Of a stretch of 64,000 nucleotides of DNA, positions 53,801 to 64,000 are shown piece by piece; the first letter of the stretch is position 1; the number at the start of each line of letters is the position of its first letter. The notes beneath the pieces are model-generated. The model did not search any database, was not told the DNA's origin, and was given only the letters and a program-made list of their open reading frames with translations. Source of the DNA: Elsinoe ampelina (lineage: Eukaryota); the NCBI GenBank assembly GCA_010093995.1, contig ML992502.1, positions 1,458,635-1,522,634 on the forward strand, in the 5' to 3' direction. Both the position numbers and the translations under genes were made by a program.

Positions 53801-55980
53801 ACGTTAGTTATACTAGATTCGCTTATAAAAACGTTAACGAGGAAATCGTATAGATCGACTATAATATAAAGGCTAAAGCTATAACTAATCTCCGCGCTAC
53901 TTCTCTTATTATTAACCTCGATAACTACCTCCGCTATAGCACCTATAACCTTAGCTAACTTATTACTAACGCTACTCTCTACGCTATTACTAATATTTAC
54001 CTTATTATACTTCTAACTTCCTTACTAGGTTTAAGCCTAATAATAGTTAGGTTACTTTCTAGAATAACACTAATAGTAAAGAGAACAACGAGGGAGATGC
54101 TTCTATCGCTAGTACTAATAGTGCTACCTAGAGTAGTAATATAACTACTAGTGTAGCTAGAGATAATATAAACACTTCTACTTTAAGAGCTTATATGCGC
54201 CGTCGTTATAGTTAATTTTAGTCACTTATAAGAAGAGGTAATATAATTAAGTCTTTATAAAGTATAAGTCTATATTATTAATAACTATCTAAAGCTATTA
54301 GCCCGCTAACGCTTTAACTACGCTACCTTAATTAGATTAGTTATTAGAAGAAACACTATTGTTACTATCGTCGATATAATCTAACTTCTCTTACTTACGT
54401 TTAATATTATAGCGTATAGTAAAGAGTAAGAGTAGATCTACTCTTCTATCAAGAATAAGACGATTAATAGTGCACTATATGTCGATTAGGTCGAAGATGT
54501 CGTTAGTCTATAAGATATTATACTAATATTCGTTAGATTATAGAGAAAGATTAGATTAGAAACACCTATAAAGTTATAAGGGGTATCGTAAGTATAGTAG
54601 GCTTTATAGCGAAGTACTAAACCTCTATAGTTATTATAGATATATTTAGCTTAGATTTTGTAGTTGTTATTAAAGTTAAGATATATAAGAGTTATATAGT
54701 AGATATAGGCTTTATACTAACGTAGGTATAAGAGCCTAGCGTAGTTACTAGGAGTTATCTTATAAGGCTAAAAGAGAATTAGATCTACTAGGTCGAGGTA
54801 GAGTTAAGCGTAAGAAGAAGACATTATAGAAGAAAGTATCGAACGATAAGAAAGAGAGGTTTAAGAGAAAGAAGAAGAAATAGTAACTAAAAGGTATATA
54901 TATCTAGCGTTACCTATTATAAGAACGACAATATAGATAATAGCTATTATCTATTATAAAAAAACGACAATACTAACAATAGCTATTATCGAATAATAGC
55001 TATTATTATACTAAGGGATATAAGTAGATTATTAGCTAAGTTACTTCTTTCTCTCCTTAGAAACATTTAAATAACTATCTAGTATGCCTTTACGTTACTA
55101 TAGTATAACTTATACTAATAGTTGCTAGAATTTAAGCAAATCTACTACTATGTCTACTACTCGCCTTTCTATTATTTATTAGGCTAATATTACTTACTAT
55201 AAATTTATTAACAACCTTTAGGTAGAGATTAAGGCCCTAGATAGCCTTATACTTACTATTAACTAGTAATCTAATAGTATTAAGGCAATCCGTAACTATA
55301 CTATAAGTTAGTAGAAAGGCTAAACTACCTAGAACTAATTGTTCTAGTCTTAGACTCTACCTAATAGCTTTAGTACTCCGGTTTACTAGTTAAGAGTTAT
55401 AATTTATATAAGGGTAAACTTACTAAGGATAGAATGTCCTCCGGATAAAGTAGATAATAAGATAATAAGGTATTAGTTCTAGGTAGTATATAGCTTGCTA
55501 GCTAAGTATATAAAATAGACTTGTAGGAGTTATATAGATAATGTTAATTAGGTTAATCTTCTATAAATTACTATTAGGTCGTAATTGTATATAAGGGTTA
55601 ATAATTAATAACTTTTACTTCTCTCTAGTATCCTTTACCTACTATAACTTTAAGTGTTTAGAGCGGAAAAGTAATAAGAGTTATAGGATATAGCAGTTAC
55701 TATAAGAATTTACTATAAGAATAGCAACCCTAGTATAGTGCTAGTAAGAGTACGCTAAGGACTTAATAGCACTATACTACTTATCTACTAACTTAACCTA
55801 GTACTATACTATGTCTAGAATATATATAACCTAACCTATATCTAGTACTAGTATAGTGCTATTATAGCTATAGTATAGAGCTAGTGCTAGTGCTACTAAG
55901 CCCTTAGTAGCACTACGCTAGCTAGAGGCCGACCTAAACCCTAGTATAGTACTAAACCTAAAGGGGCTAACTCTGCCCTA
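41886..55980 (+). mobile_element. hAT DNA transposon (about 7.8 kb without insert), transposase split by Gypsy B
   Basis: TIRs TAGGGCGGGGTTAG (41886) and CTAACTCTGCCCTA (55980); 8-bp flanks GTAACTAT/ATAGTTAT differ only by transitions; BED-like region near 45090, LDS*S (DxW) near 45515, YLAYIINL (CxAH) near 45810, dimerisation domain ILS**KENKHLF...IASVGIKCVFNIA at 53190-53310. Confidence 0.88.
46803..53067 (-). mobile_element. Gypsy B: full-length RIPed LTR retrotransposon
   Basis: 203-bp LTRs 46803-47005 and 52865-53067 (TA..TA = RIPed TG..CA); TSD CTTTA (46798-46802, 53068-53072); PPT 47006-47019; RT VSIYLDNILIY near 49625-49657; RNase H TIYDKELLAIV near 49055-49087. Confidence 0.93.
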
Positions 55981-56794
55981 ATAGTTATACTACTTCTTTC
56001 TCTAGAGAAGTCTACTTAATAGAGTCTATCTCTATAATATTGTTTATACGAGGTATAGGCGCCTCGCTAATAGAGTTCTAGTTGTCTATAGGGTCTAATA
56101 GATTACAACTATAGGGAGTAATTAGAACTATTAAAGCCTTATATTAAAGCTATATATATTATAATATAGAGAATGCCTATCTAACTAAATAGTCTATTAG
56201 TAGTAGAACTAATTACTGTTAAGCTCTAGGCGCAAGCGCTACGTAGAATATTTAAGTACGTTACGTAAGCGGGACTAGCCGCTACTAAGTGCCGCTCTAA
56301 TACTAAGCCCTTATAGTAGTAGAGAAAGTATTTTTAGAATTTACTTCTCTTAAGCTAGTATAGAAGCTATAGAGTAGCTAGAGATATATAGAATATATAT
56401 ATAGGTAGCTAATTAGTAGTACTAGAAGTACGTAAGTATAAAACTATATTATAAGCTTAGTTTAAATACTTCTAAAAATATAGAATTTACTAGTTAAATA
56501 GACTATTCTAAAAGAGCTTTTACTAAGCTATAGCCTACATACGCTTCTAGTACTACTTTAAAATTAAGTGGCAAATTCTCCCCTACCCCCGTAAAAAGTC
56601 GTAAGACCTTTTTTTGGTTCCGCGCCAAGACTGGGTGGCTCGTTTGAACTGAAAAGCCCTGTACCTTCCACCGCGAAGCCCCCTGATCTATAACACCACT
56701 GTCATCGCGGAACACCTCTGCTCGAGGCGTTGTCACCTCTTCACGACTGTCACCCTCATGACTAGGTGGAGGCATCTGCTCGCGTGTAATTTCG

Positions 56795-59445
56795 ATGGAA
56801 GGCGCCGAGATGGGAGATTCGGAGATGTCGGGACTGAGGTCTTCCGTCTCAAAGGTCGCGTCAGAACTTGAAAGCGATGTGACTCTGGACAGCGATGATG
56901 AGATGGAACAGGATTCGTTAGCTGCGATGGACATCATGTTTGACACGTCGCACCCGGTGTTATACGACCGCAAGAATCACCAAGAGATGACTCGGCAGCA
57001 TGAACAATGGTCGCGGTATGCATGAAACACAAGTGGAGGAAGATAGCACTAATGGCAGCATAGATTCGCACAGGCTCACCTCAAAGAACATCTTCGCCAG
57101 CTTGAACCGTTTTCATTCCTACCATCTTTCAAAACCTTGCAGGCGTGGATTCTATGGCAGATCAAAACCAGGAGGGGCAGATTCGAGAGAAAATTAGGAA
57201 GCGTACTGTCAGCAAGATTTGGCATTGTACACAAAGGAACATTCTCAAAGGCTGCCGGCAGCAGCTGACTGAGGCAGAGCGGAAGGTCATGTCGGACGTA
57301 AGTCATACGACTCCGCTACATGGTTCCGCGAGCTGATGAACAAGTGGATTATGAAGGTCCTCCCGCGCAGGAAAATGTGTAGTACGAAAAGACTAGCAAA
57401 GGCTGTGGCAGGCCCCGAGACTGCAGCGGATCTCGTCGTATACCTTTGGGCGCATGATGAAGACGAGATGCATCCAAGGATGAGGCTGCAGCTGTCTCTT
57501 CTACTGCTCATTCTACTATACAATGGATTGCGCCCAGGCGAATTCATGGAATCAGTCCACTACCCGGATTCTAATGAAGGACTTTTGTACGGCGACTTTG
57601 TCTTGATCTTGGTCCGGAATGCTCATCGAGACGATCTACGTTGGCTGCTAGAGGTCCGGCTGCGCAACAGGAAGTGGAGACGACACGACGAAGGCCTCAA
57701 GTCAGTCTGCCAAGAAGTTTCCGCATCCGTGGATTTGCTGACATACGTAGCGAATGGCACCTTCTAAAAATGGATAGTAGGAGGCCTCACCTATGCCCCG
57801 TCAGCCATTACATTGGGTTGGCTCTGGCCGACAATGCACTTGAAGGCATCTCGTCTGTCAGTGAGTTGGAGCGCGTGAGGTTGTCCGATACTGCCGTGAG
57901 CACCAGAATCAGCTGCAAGCCAGAGATGGAGCGCATTCCCGTCATCCGCCGCATGACAGAAGAGACGCGGAGACAAGTCTCGGCAGACAAAATTATTCGA
58001 TATGACGCTTTTAAAGACATGCTACGCAGACTTGGTGCACGCGCGGGCTACACCATCCGATTGACACCATATCAATTCAGACGAGGACATGCAAACATTC
58101 TAGACTCTGCTGTAACGCCTGCAGAACGTCGGCAAAGAATGGGTCACGTAGACGACACTGCGTTGAACGCTTACATCTCTCAGATCTCCGGCGTCGACAC
58201 GCAAGCCATCATTCATGGTGAGGCTCAAGAGCAGGATCTGTTTCACAAAGCCCGCAGTATATCCTCCTGGCAAGATTTCGGTAGTTCTTCGTCGTCAACA
58301 TGGCAAGCGGGGCTGGAAAGGAAAGTCAAGCCAAGGAGAGATGCGTTGAAGCAGTTTCGGGAGGAGTCAGCATCACGACAGACGCATACGATTATCCCTC
58401 TTGACGATGTCAATGAGGAGGGATTGCCTCCTGGCAGCGATGGCCTGATCGTGCCCTTTGAACGACCAGCGCCATCTGTTTACATGCGTGCAATTCTTGA
58501 AGCGGAATCAGATAGGAAGCAAATTGTGGGCTTCATGGATGCCCAACCGAGCAGTCTAGAGGCCCGGATCTCACCCTTTGTCAGCCTGTCATCGACCTTC
58601 CACAATGAAACCTACTATCCTCGCACTAGACCTGATCGCAATGGAGGTTGTCCTCATTGCATGTACAAAGGACCACCAAGGTAACATCGTTCACTCCATA
58701 TCCACCATAAGCTAATTGTGGCAGTTCCAAGCCAAAGAGCTCGGCTGTTACTGCTTTCAAATTGCATCTGCTGCAGTGTCGATTGAAGGCTGACGCAAAG
58801 CTTCTTGATAGCTCGACAAATAATGTTGGACAACCACAGCGATGTGCATGGCAATGTTGTGGATATTTATTCACATTCCAGAAAGGTCCAGAGCATAAGA
58901 AGTTCGACATGGACCATCTCAAACGCCACATCCAGCGCGCTTGTTCGCAAGCCGATGGCCGCATGGCTTGTCTATGGACCGACTGCAAAGAATCCGTCCC
59001 AGACAAGTCAAGGCTCGAGAGCCATCTGGCTGAGGTACATTGCGGCACCTCTAGAGAGCACACCGCCAAAATAGAGTACTGCTTCCAGCACCGGGAGTAC
59101 TACTCATCAAAGGCAGCCTGGTCAGCACACTGCACCCAGCACTTGAAGGATATGGGAGACAAAGACTTATTCTGCGGAATTTTCACTCGGAGGGAGATCG
59201 TCATATGCGCCGGTATCTGTATCTTCTGTATTGGGGATCAGAGCCTGAGCGCAACTCAGCGATTCAGACAATTCTCCGCCTGGGACGACCTGAAGCTGCA
59301 CGTGGAGCAGCACATGCAAAATTTTGCGTCAAGGATTTGCCCGCATCCGCGCTGCACTACCAACCTGAGTACCAAGGGGGACGCGCAAGATCATTTCTGG
59401 AACGTGCACGGGATGCGAGCCTCCAAGACTCAATTGAACAAGTAG
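56795..59445 (+). CDS. DUF3435 tyrosine recombinase (Starship captain-like) with C-terminal Cys/His zinc fingers; apparent -1 frameshift near 57175
   Basis: YNGLRPGEF, LLYGDF, RNRK, HLCPVSHYIGLALADNA, LRRLGARAGY..LTPYQFRRG, RQRMGH...AYISQISGVDTQ; C2H2-like CLWTDC..HLAEVH and CPHPRC..HFWNVH; introns 57016-57063, 57298-57343, 57701-57750, 58681-58724. Confidence 0.88.
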
Positions 59446-59601
59446 CTGAGAGCATGTAGACCATCCTCATGCAACCGTGGCATCACGATTTCAGAGTCTA
59501 ACTGTGTGATTGGACCAATGCCCCAGATAAATAAATGATAAGGGCTACACCCCTATTCTTGCATCGCAGTGTAAGCGGGGTGATTGCTTATTGCTTTAGA
59601 A

Positions 59602-59607
59602 TATATA
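59602..59607 (+). promoter_or_regulatory. TATA-like element about 32 nt upstream of the tRNA 5' exon
   Basis: TATATA at 59602-59607; position only, function untested. Confidence 0.4.
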
Positions 59608-59638
59608 CAACTTTAATCACCCAGTTTCACATAACACC

Positions 59639-59829
59639 GGTTGTAAGTCTCGATCCAGGTGTACCTCCAAATTACGCTATCTGACTTAAGTAAGGCGTGG
59701 TGTAGGGGGTAAGTCTCTTGGCAGAAGAGGTTGCCGCATGACTGACCCCTTCAAAGTAGCATGCGACGTTGTGGAAACCTTGAGTTCAACAACCCCGTCT
59801 CGACCCCGGTTCGATTCCGGGCGCAGCCA
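59639..59829 (+). tRNA. tRNA-His(GUG) with two spliceosomal-type introns (59643-59694, 59709-59756) and one canonical intron (59775-59794)
   Basis: Joined exons give 71 nt: GGTTGCG/CGCAGCC acceptor stem, GTGT/GCAT D-stem, CGACG/CGTCT anticodon stem with loop TTGTGGC, CCCGG-TTCGATT-CCGGG T-arm, discriminator A; A-box TGGTGTAGGGG and B-box GGTTCGATTCC present. Confidence 0.85.
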
Positions 59830-59863
59830 GCTATTAGGCTCCTTCTGAGAAAGAAGGGACAGC

Positions 59864-59869
59864 TTTTTT
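59864..59869 (+). terminator. Putative Pol III terminator (T6) for the tRNA
   Basis: TTTTTT 35 nt downstream of the discriminator, after a short hairpin CCTTCT-GAGAA-AGAAGG. Confidence 0.6.
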
Positions 59870-60033
59870 AAGGGGCCGTCTCCTTCGATCTTGGTGTTTT
59901 GGTGGAGTTGGTCTTTTTTGGCGTAATTAGCGTAAAAAGTGTAAAATTGGCGGCGGCCGAGGCCGAGAGACAGGGCTAAGACACTCTCACGGCTAAGGAA
60001 GGCGGTAAGAAGTCGCGCAAGTGTCGCGTTTAG

Positions 60034-63000
60034 TGTTACTATAGAACGTAAGGTTATAGTACTCTATACCAATAAGATTAGCACACTAAATTAAGTAGTT
60101 ATAGATAATTAATCGCGTATGCTCCTTACTAGTCTCCTCTCTAGTGCTTTACTTACGTAGTTAAAGGATATATACGAGCCTCTAGAGATTACTAGTGACT
60201 ATCGGCTTAATACTCGAGGCTTTAGCCTTAACTAGATTAACTAGAGTATTAAGGTTAATAAGGACTATAAGCGATATATGTAGTGTATAGTAGCCTTCTT
60301 CTACTATCTCTATAAGCGCTTAATAATAACAACTCTAGCTCTTAATAACAGCTATAAGTTACTTACTTACTATAAGCTCTTTATTACTCTCTATATTCTT
60401 GCTACTAGCGCTAGCTATCGGCACATTACTACTAAGGTTAGTATAGTTATCTAATTAGTTAGCTAATTCTATAATGGGAACTATAAACTTATAGCTAGTA
60501 GATAGATGTTAGAGATATATTGTTCTAGCTATAATTCTACATAGTATATATAGTAGTAGTTTCTAACTCTCTATAGAGAGGTTAGAAATTTATTGTTATA
60601 TTTATATAGTATATACTTCTCCTCTATTACTTCTCTATCTTAGAGACATTATACCTACCTTATCTAGATACTCTATTACAATTTAAATTCCTCTTTAAAC
60701 TATAGTTAAGATAGCCTAGGTTAATAGTCTTAATATAGTTAGCTTAATAAAGGACTAACGGATTATCTACTATAGATACTATATCTACTAGCTTAGTAGA
60801 AGCTACCTAATTAGAACCTATTCTCTCTAATGTATCTAAGGAGAAGCTACGTACTACCTAAGAAGAGCTAGCTTAACTCCGCTAGAATAGAGAGTATATA
60901 GAGATCTAGAGAGCTCTTATAATTAAGTATAAAGGACCCCTTTAGAAGAGAACTTATATTAATATATAGGAATAGTAAGAGAAGTCTAATAATAATAATT
61001 AGTTATACTAAGATAGTATCTCTCGAGGAACTCCTAATCTAGATATCTCTCTAGAGATACTTTCTCTTTAGATTAACCTTAAGAAAGTATAAAAGCTAGA
61101 GGTACTAGAGAAACTAAAGAGATATATATACCTTACTAACGTAAAGGTATTTATCTAATTATACTACGCTATCTTTAGAGTCTATAAGTATATCTATCTT
61201 ACTAGTAGAGATTAAGCCTAGTTTATAGCTAGCTATCTAAATAGATTCCTCGCTATAATATAAGAGAGCTATATTAATAATATAAAACCTTAGGCTAAGA
61301 ACTAGAGCTACTTTTAAGAATAGATTAAAGATTGTATTATAGATAAGAGTAACTAAGCTCTAAAATATATCTAACTATTCTATAATAGTGCTTAGAGGTC
61401 GAACTAATTAGTTGCTAAGTTTGCCTAATACCTCGAAAAGTACGCTAAGAAAATTAGTAATACTACTATAGATAAGGCTTAGTTTATAAGCTGCCTCGTT
61501 AACGGCGTAAAGCCTATATATTAATAGAGCTATATAGCGCTCTAAGACTCTCTAAGGGGTAAAGACAAGGCTATCTCCTACTTTACTTATATTAAGAGTG
61601 TATTTAGAAGCTAAGCTATCTCCGAGATAATATATATCTCTTACTACTTTATAGATAAGCTAAAGAGAGGCAACTAGAAATTCTAGAATAACAAAAATAA
61701 GAAAAAAAGAAGGTTTAAAGACTCTACGTCCGGGGTTAATATAACTTCGATACTTTGTTGCCTTAACCTCTTAGAGGTAAAGTGCTATAGGTGTAAGTAA
61801 CTTAGCTATATCTGCCCTAACTACCCTTATAATAAGATAAAAAACTAAATACTCTAGCTATAGACCTCGCCTCTATATAGCTAGGAGTATCTAAAGGAGG
61901 TCCGCTACTAAGCTAACTAAGGATAGATATTTACCTTAGTTAGAAAGGTAAGGCTCTATCTACTAATTACGTAGCTATATCTCTTATAGATTTAGGAGCT
62001 AACATTTGTTTTATTAACTACTATTACGTAAAGGAGAAAGAAGTTCACCTATATACTAATAGCGTAATAAGAGTAAAGTCCCTTAACTAGTATAAGATAC
62101 ACTTATATAGATACTACTATCTTATAGTAGAAGCTACTAACTACTATAGCGTTATAAAGAAGATTCGCTAGTACTTCGAGTTAGTAGAGATAAAGAGATA
62201 TAACTTAGTACTAGGCTAGATATAGCTCTTTAGTATTAACCTAGATATCGATTAGTAAAGCTAGAGGTAGAGACATTACTCTACTAGCGTTAATATAACG
62301 CTCCTAATAGCGGAAGAATTTGCTAAGGAAATGTTAGAGTAGCTATAGTACTATATAGTTTTCTTAAATATAATCTATAAAGATAACACTTTAACGTTAT
62401 AGAGTAGACTTCTAAGCTAGCTCTATAACTTCTTAGATGTATTTAACAATAAGAAAGCTATTACTATACCTCCTCCGGCGCTATATAACTACTTAATCGA
62501 ACTTATTAAAGGGAAGTAACCTCTATAGAAATCTATTTACGCCCTCGTAGAGACAGAGCTAAGTACTCTTAGAGAGTACCTAGCTAAGAATTTAAAGCTA
62601 GGCCGTATTTGCTACTCTACTAGCTCTATAGAGGCTTCTATTCTCTTTATACCTAAGGCTAATAAGTCGCTACGTCTCTATATCGACTACTAAGGTCTTA
62701 ATAACGTCTTAGTAAAGAACTACTATTCTTTGCCCCTTATTACTAAGATACTCGATAGAATCTAGAGGGCTAAGGTATACTTAAAAATAGATCTTAGAGA
62801 TATATACTACTATATCTAGATTAAGGGAGGCAACGAATAAAAGATAGTATTCTAATATAGATATAGATATTTTAAATATATAGTTATACCTTTTAGCCTC
62901 GTAAACGCTTCTACTACCTTCTAGTTATATATTAGCTAATACCTCGATAGCTTAGTTAATTACTACTATATTATCTATATAGACAATATTCTTATCTACT

Positions 63001-63430
63001 TCTAAGATTCGTTATAGTACCGTAGGTATATTAAAGAAGTTCTAGTATAACTTAGGAAGTATCTTCTTTTTATAAAGGCTTCTAAGTACGCCTTTAAAGT
63101 TAAGGAAGTATAGTTTCTAGAATATATTCTAGGCCTCGAGAGTATCTCGATAGAGCTCTAGAGAGTTTAAGCTATTATAGACTAGCTAGAACCTACTTCT
63201 CTAAAAGAACTCTAGATCTTTCTTAGATTTATAAACTTTTACTAATAGTTTATTAATAGCTATATAGAAATAATAAGACCTATAATATAACTACTTATAG
63301 AGAGCAAAAATAGAAAATAGGTAGGTCCTTTCTACTTTACTAATAGTGCTAGGCAATTATTCTAACATCTTAAAGACTACTTTATAACTACTTCTCTTCT
63401 ATAGTTTTTTAACAAAAGTAAGAATATAAG
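60034..63430 (+). mobile_element. Gypsy C: RIPed LTR retrotransposon (5' LTR, gag, protease, RT), interrupted near 63430
   Basis: AT-rich from TGTTAC at 60034; gag knuckle KCYRCK*LSYICPNYP near 61780; protease LIDLGANICFI near 61982; RT LRLYIDY*GLN, IPFSLVNA, YIDNILIY near 62975-63000. Confidence 0.88.
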
Positions 63431-63432
63431 AA

Positions 63433-64000
63433 TTAGAGTAGTTAGTAGGTAGTAGGTATTCTACTACGGGTAGGGTAAGGTATTATTTCTTAGCACAGTA
63501 GGTATAGGTTAAGTAGAGTATTCTTAGTAGTAGGTATAGTAGAGGTTAGGTAGTAGGTATTTCGCGTGCCTAAATACTCTACCTACTATAACCTACGCCT
63601 ATACGTAGGTAGGTATTACGTAAGTAATAGAAGCTTCTCTTAATTCTCTAATATAAGACATTATATAGAATTTAAAATCAGGAAGAATAGTAATAATTAT
63701 AGTCTCTAATTATAGCATCTTATACGCTTAGTTATCGTATTTATAAATAGTTCTATCCTATGCCCTTATAGACAATCTTATACGCTTTACTAGAGGCTTA
63801 TTATTATTAATATTATTGTCCTTCTCGTAATTACTTAGAACAAAGTTACTCTCTTAAGAAGGTAGCTTAAGTAAGTTATCTACCTCGTCTATAGTAGTAT
63901 CTTTATAACTACTATTAATAGTATCTTAATAACTACTAGTAATAACATTGCTACTTAACAAAGAGGGACTTATTATAAGCTTTATAATAATAAGCTACTA
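63433..64000. mobile_element. Probable further RIPed element inserted into Gypsy C (runs off window)
   Basis: Pol similarity stops before RNase H; clustered GTAGG (RIPed GCGGG) short repeats resemble DNA-transposon subterminal motifs. Confidence 0.4.

Larger units (their letters stand above)
35500..56315 (-). mobile_element. Gypsy A: chromodomain LTR retrotransposon (RIPed), interrupted by a hAT element
   Basis: 187-bp LTRs 35500-35686 and 56129-56315; 5-bp TSD GTAGT (35495-35499, 56316-56320); PPT at 35687-35701; RT YLNN(=YLDD)ILIYS near 39645-39670; chromodomain FYLVK*KD*S near 37200-37250. Confidence 0.92.
33430..56560. repeat. AT-rich RIP-mutated transposon block
   Basis: Strong TpA excess and CpA/TpG depletion; TAG/TAA stops throughout recognisable TE ORFs; repeat copies differ mainly by C>T/G>A. 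Confidence 0.97.
35100..56661. mobile_element. Non-autonomous TIR element (MITE-like, about 740 bp without inserts, about 105-bp TIRs, TA target duplication), split by Gypsy A
   Basis: 35100-35203 is the reverse complement of 56558-56661 apart from transitions (CAGGGCTTTTCAGTTCAAACGAGCCACCCAG...); TA at 35098-35099 and 56662-56663. Confidence 0.85.

Noticed and set aside
56530..56600. ACATACG suggesting a 5S rRNA target-site fragment upstream of the captain
   Set aside because: No further 5S similarity; it lies inside the MITE.
59749..59755. CTTCAAA resembling a selenocysteine/opal (UCA) anticodon loop
   Set aside because: It has no flanking anticodon stem and lies at the 3' end of GT-AG intron 2; the real anticodon arm is GACG-TTGTGG.

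Overview
Filamentous ascomycete (Pezizomycotina) genomic DNA, based on short GT-AG introns with CTRAC branch points and on RIP-type mutation. Bases 1-33.2 kb are gene-dense with 14 protein-coding genes: a WW-domain protein 3' end, GMC oxidoreductase, a secreted Cys/Thr-rich protein, LysM-CBM18-GH18 chitinase, REX4, a CFA-synthase-like methyltransferase, RNase H2 subunit C, DUF4385, an F-box protein, an omega-class GST/ECM4, URA2/pyrABCN apparently lacking the DHOase-like domain, an FAD oxidoreductase and two MFS transporters. Bases 33.2-56.6 kb are an AT-rich, RIP-mutated transposon block. It holds a Tc1-like element and a resolvable nest: MITE > Gypsy A > hAT > Gypsy B. Next come a non-RIPed island with a DUF3435 (Starship captain-type) tyrosine recombinase and, from 60 kb, another RIPed Gypsy. 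The top finding is at 59639-59829: a tRNA-His(GUG) gene that folds into a complete cloverleaf only after removing two spliceosomal-type introns (GTAAGT...CTGAC...AAG, one in the acceptor stem and one in the D-loop) plus a canonical 37/38 tRNA intron. All calls come from reading the sequence by eye; no database searches were run.
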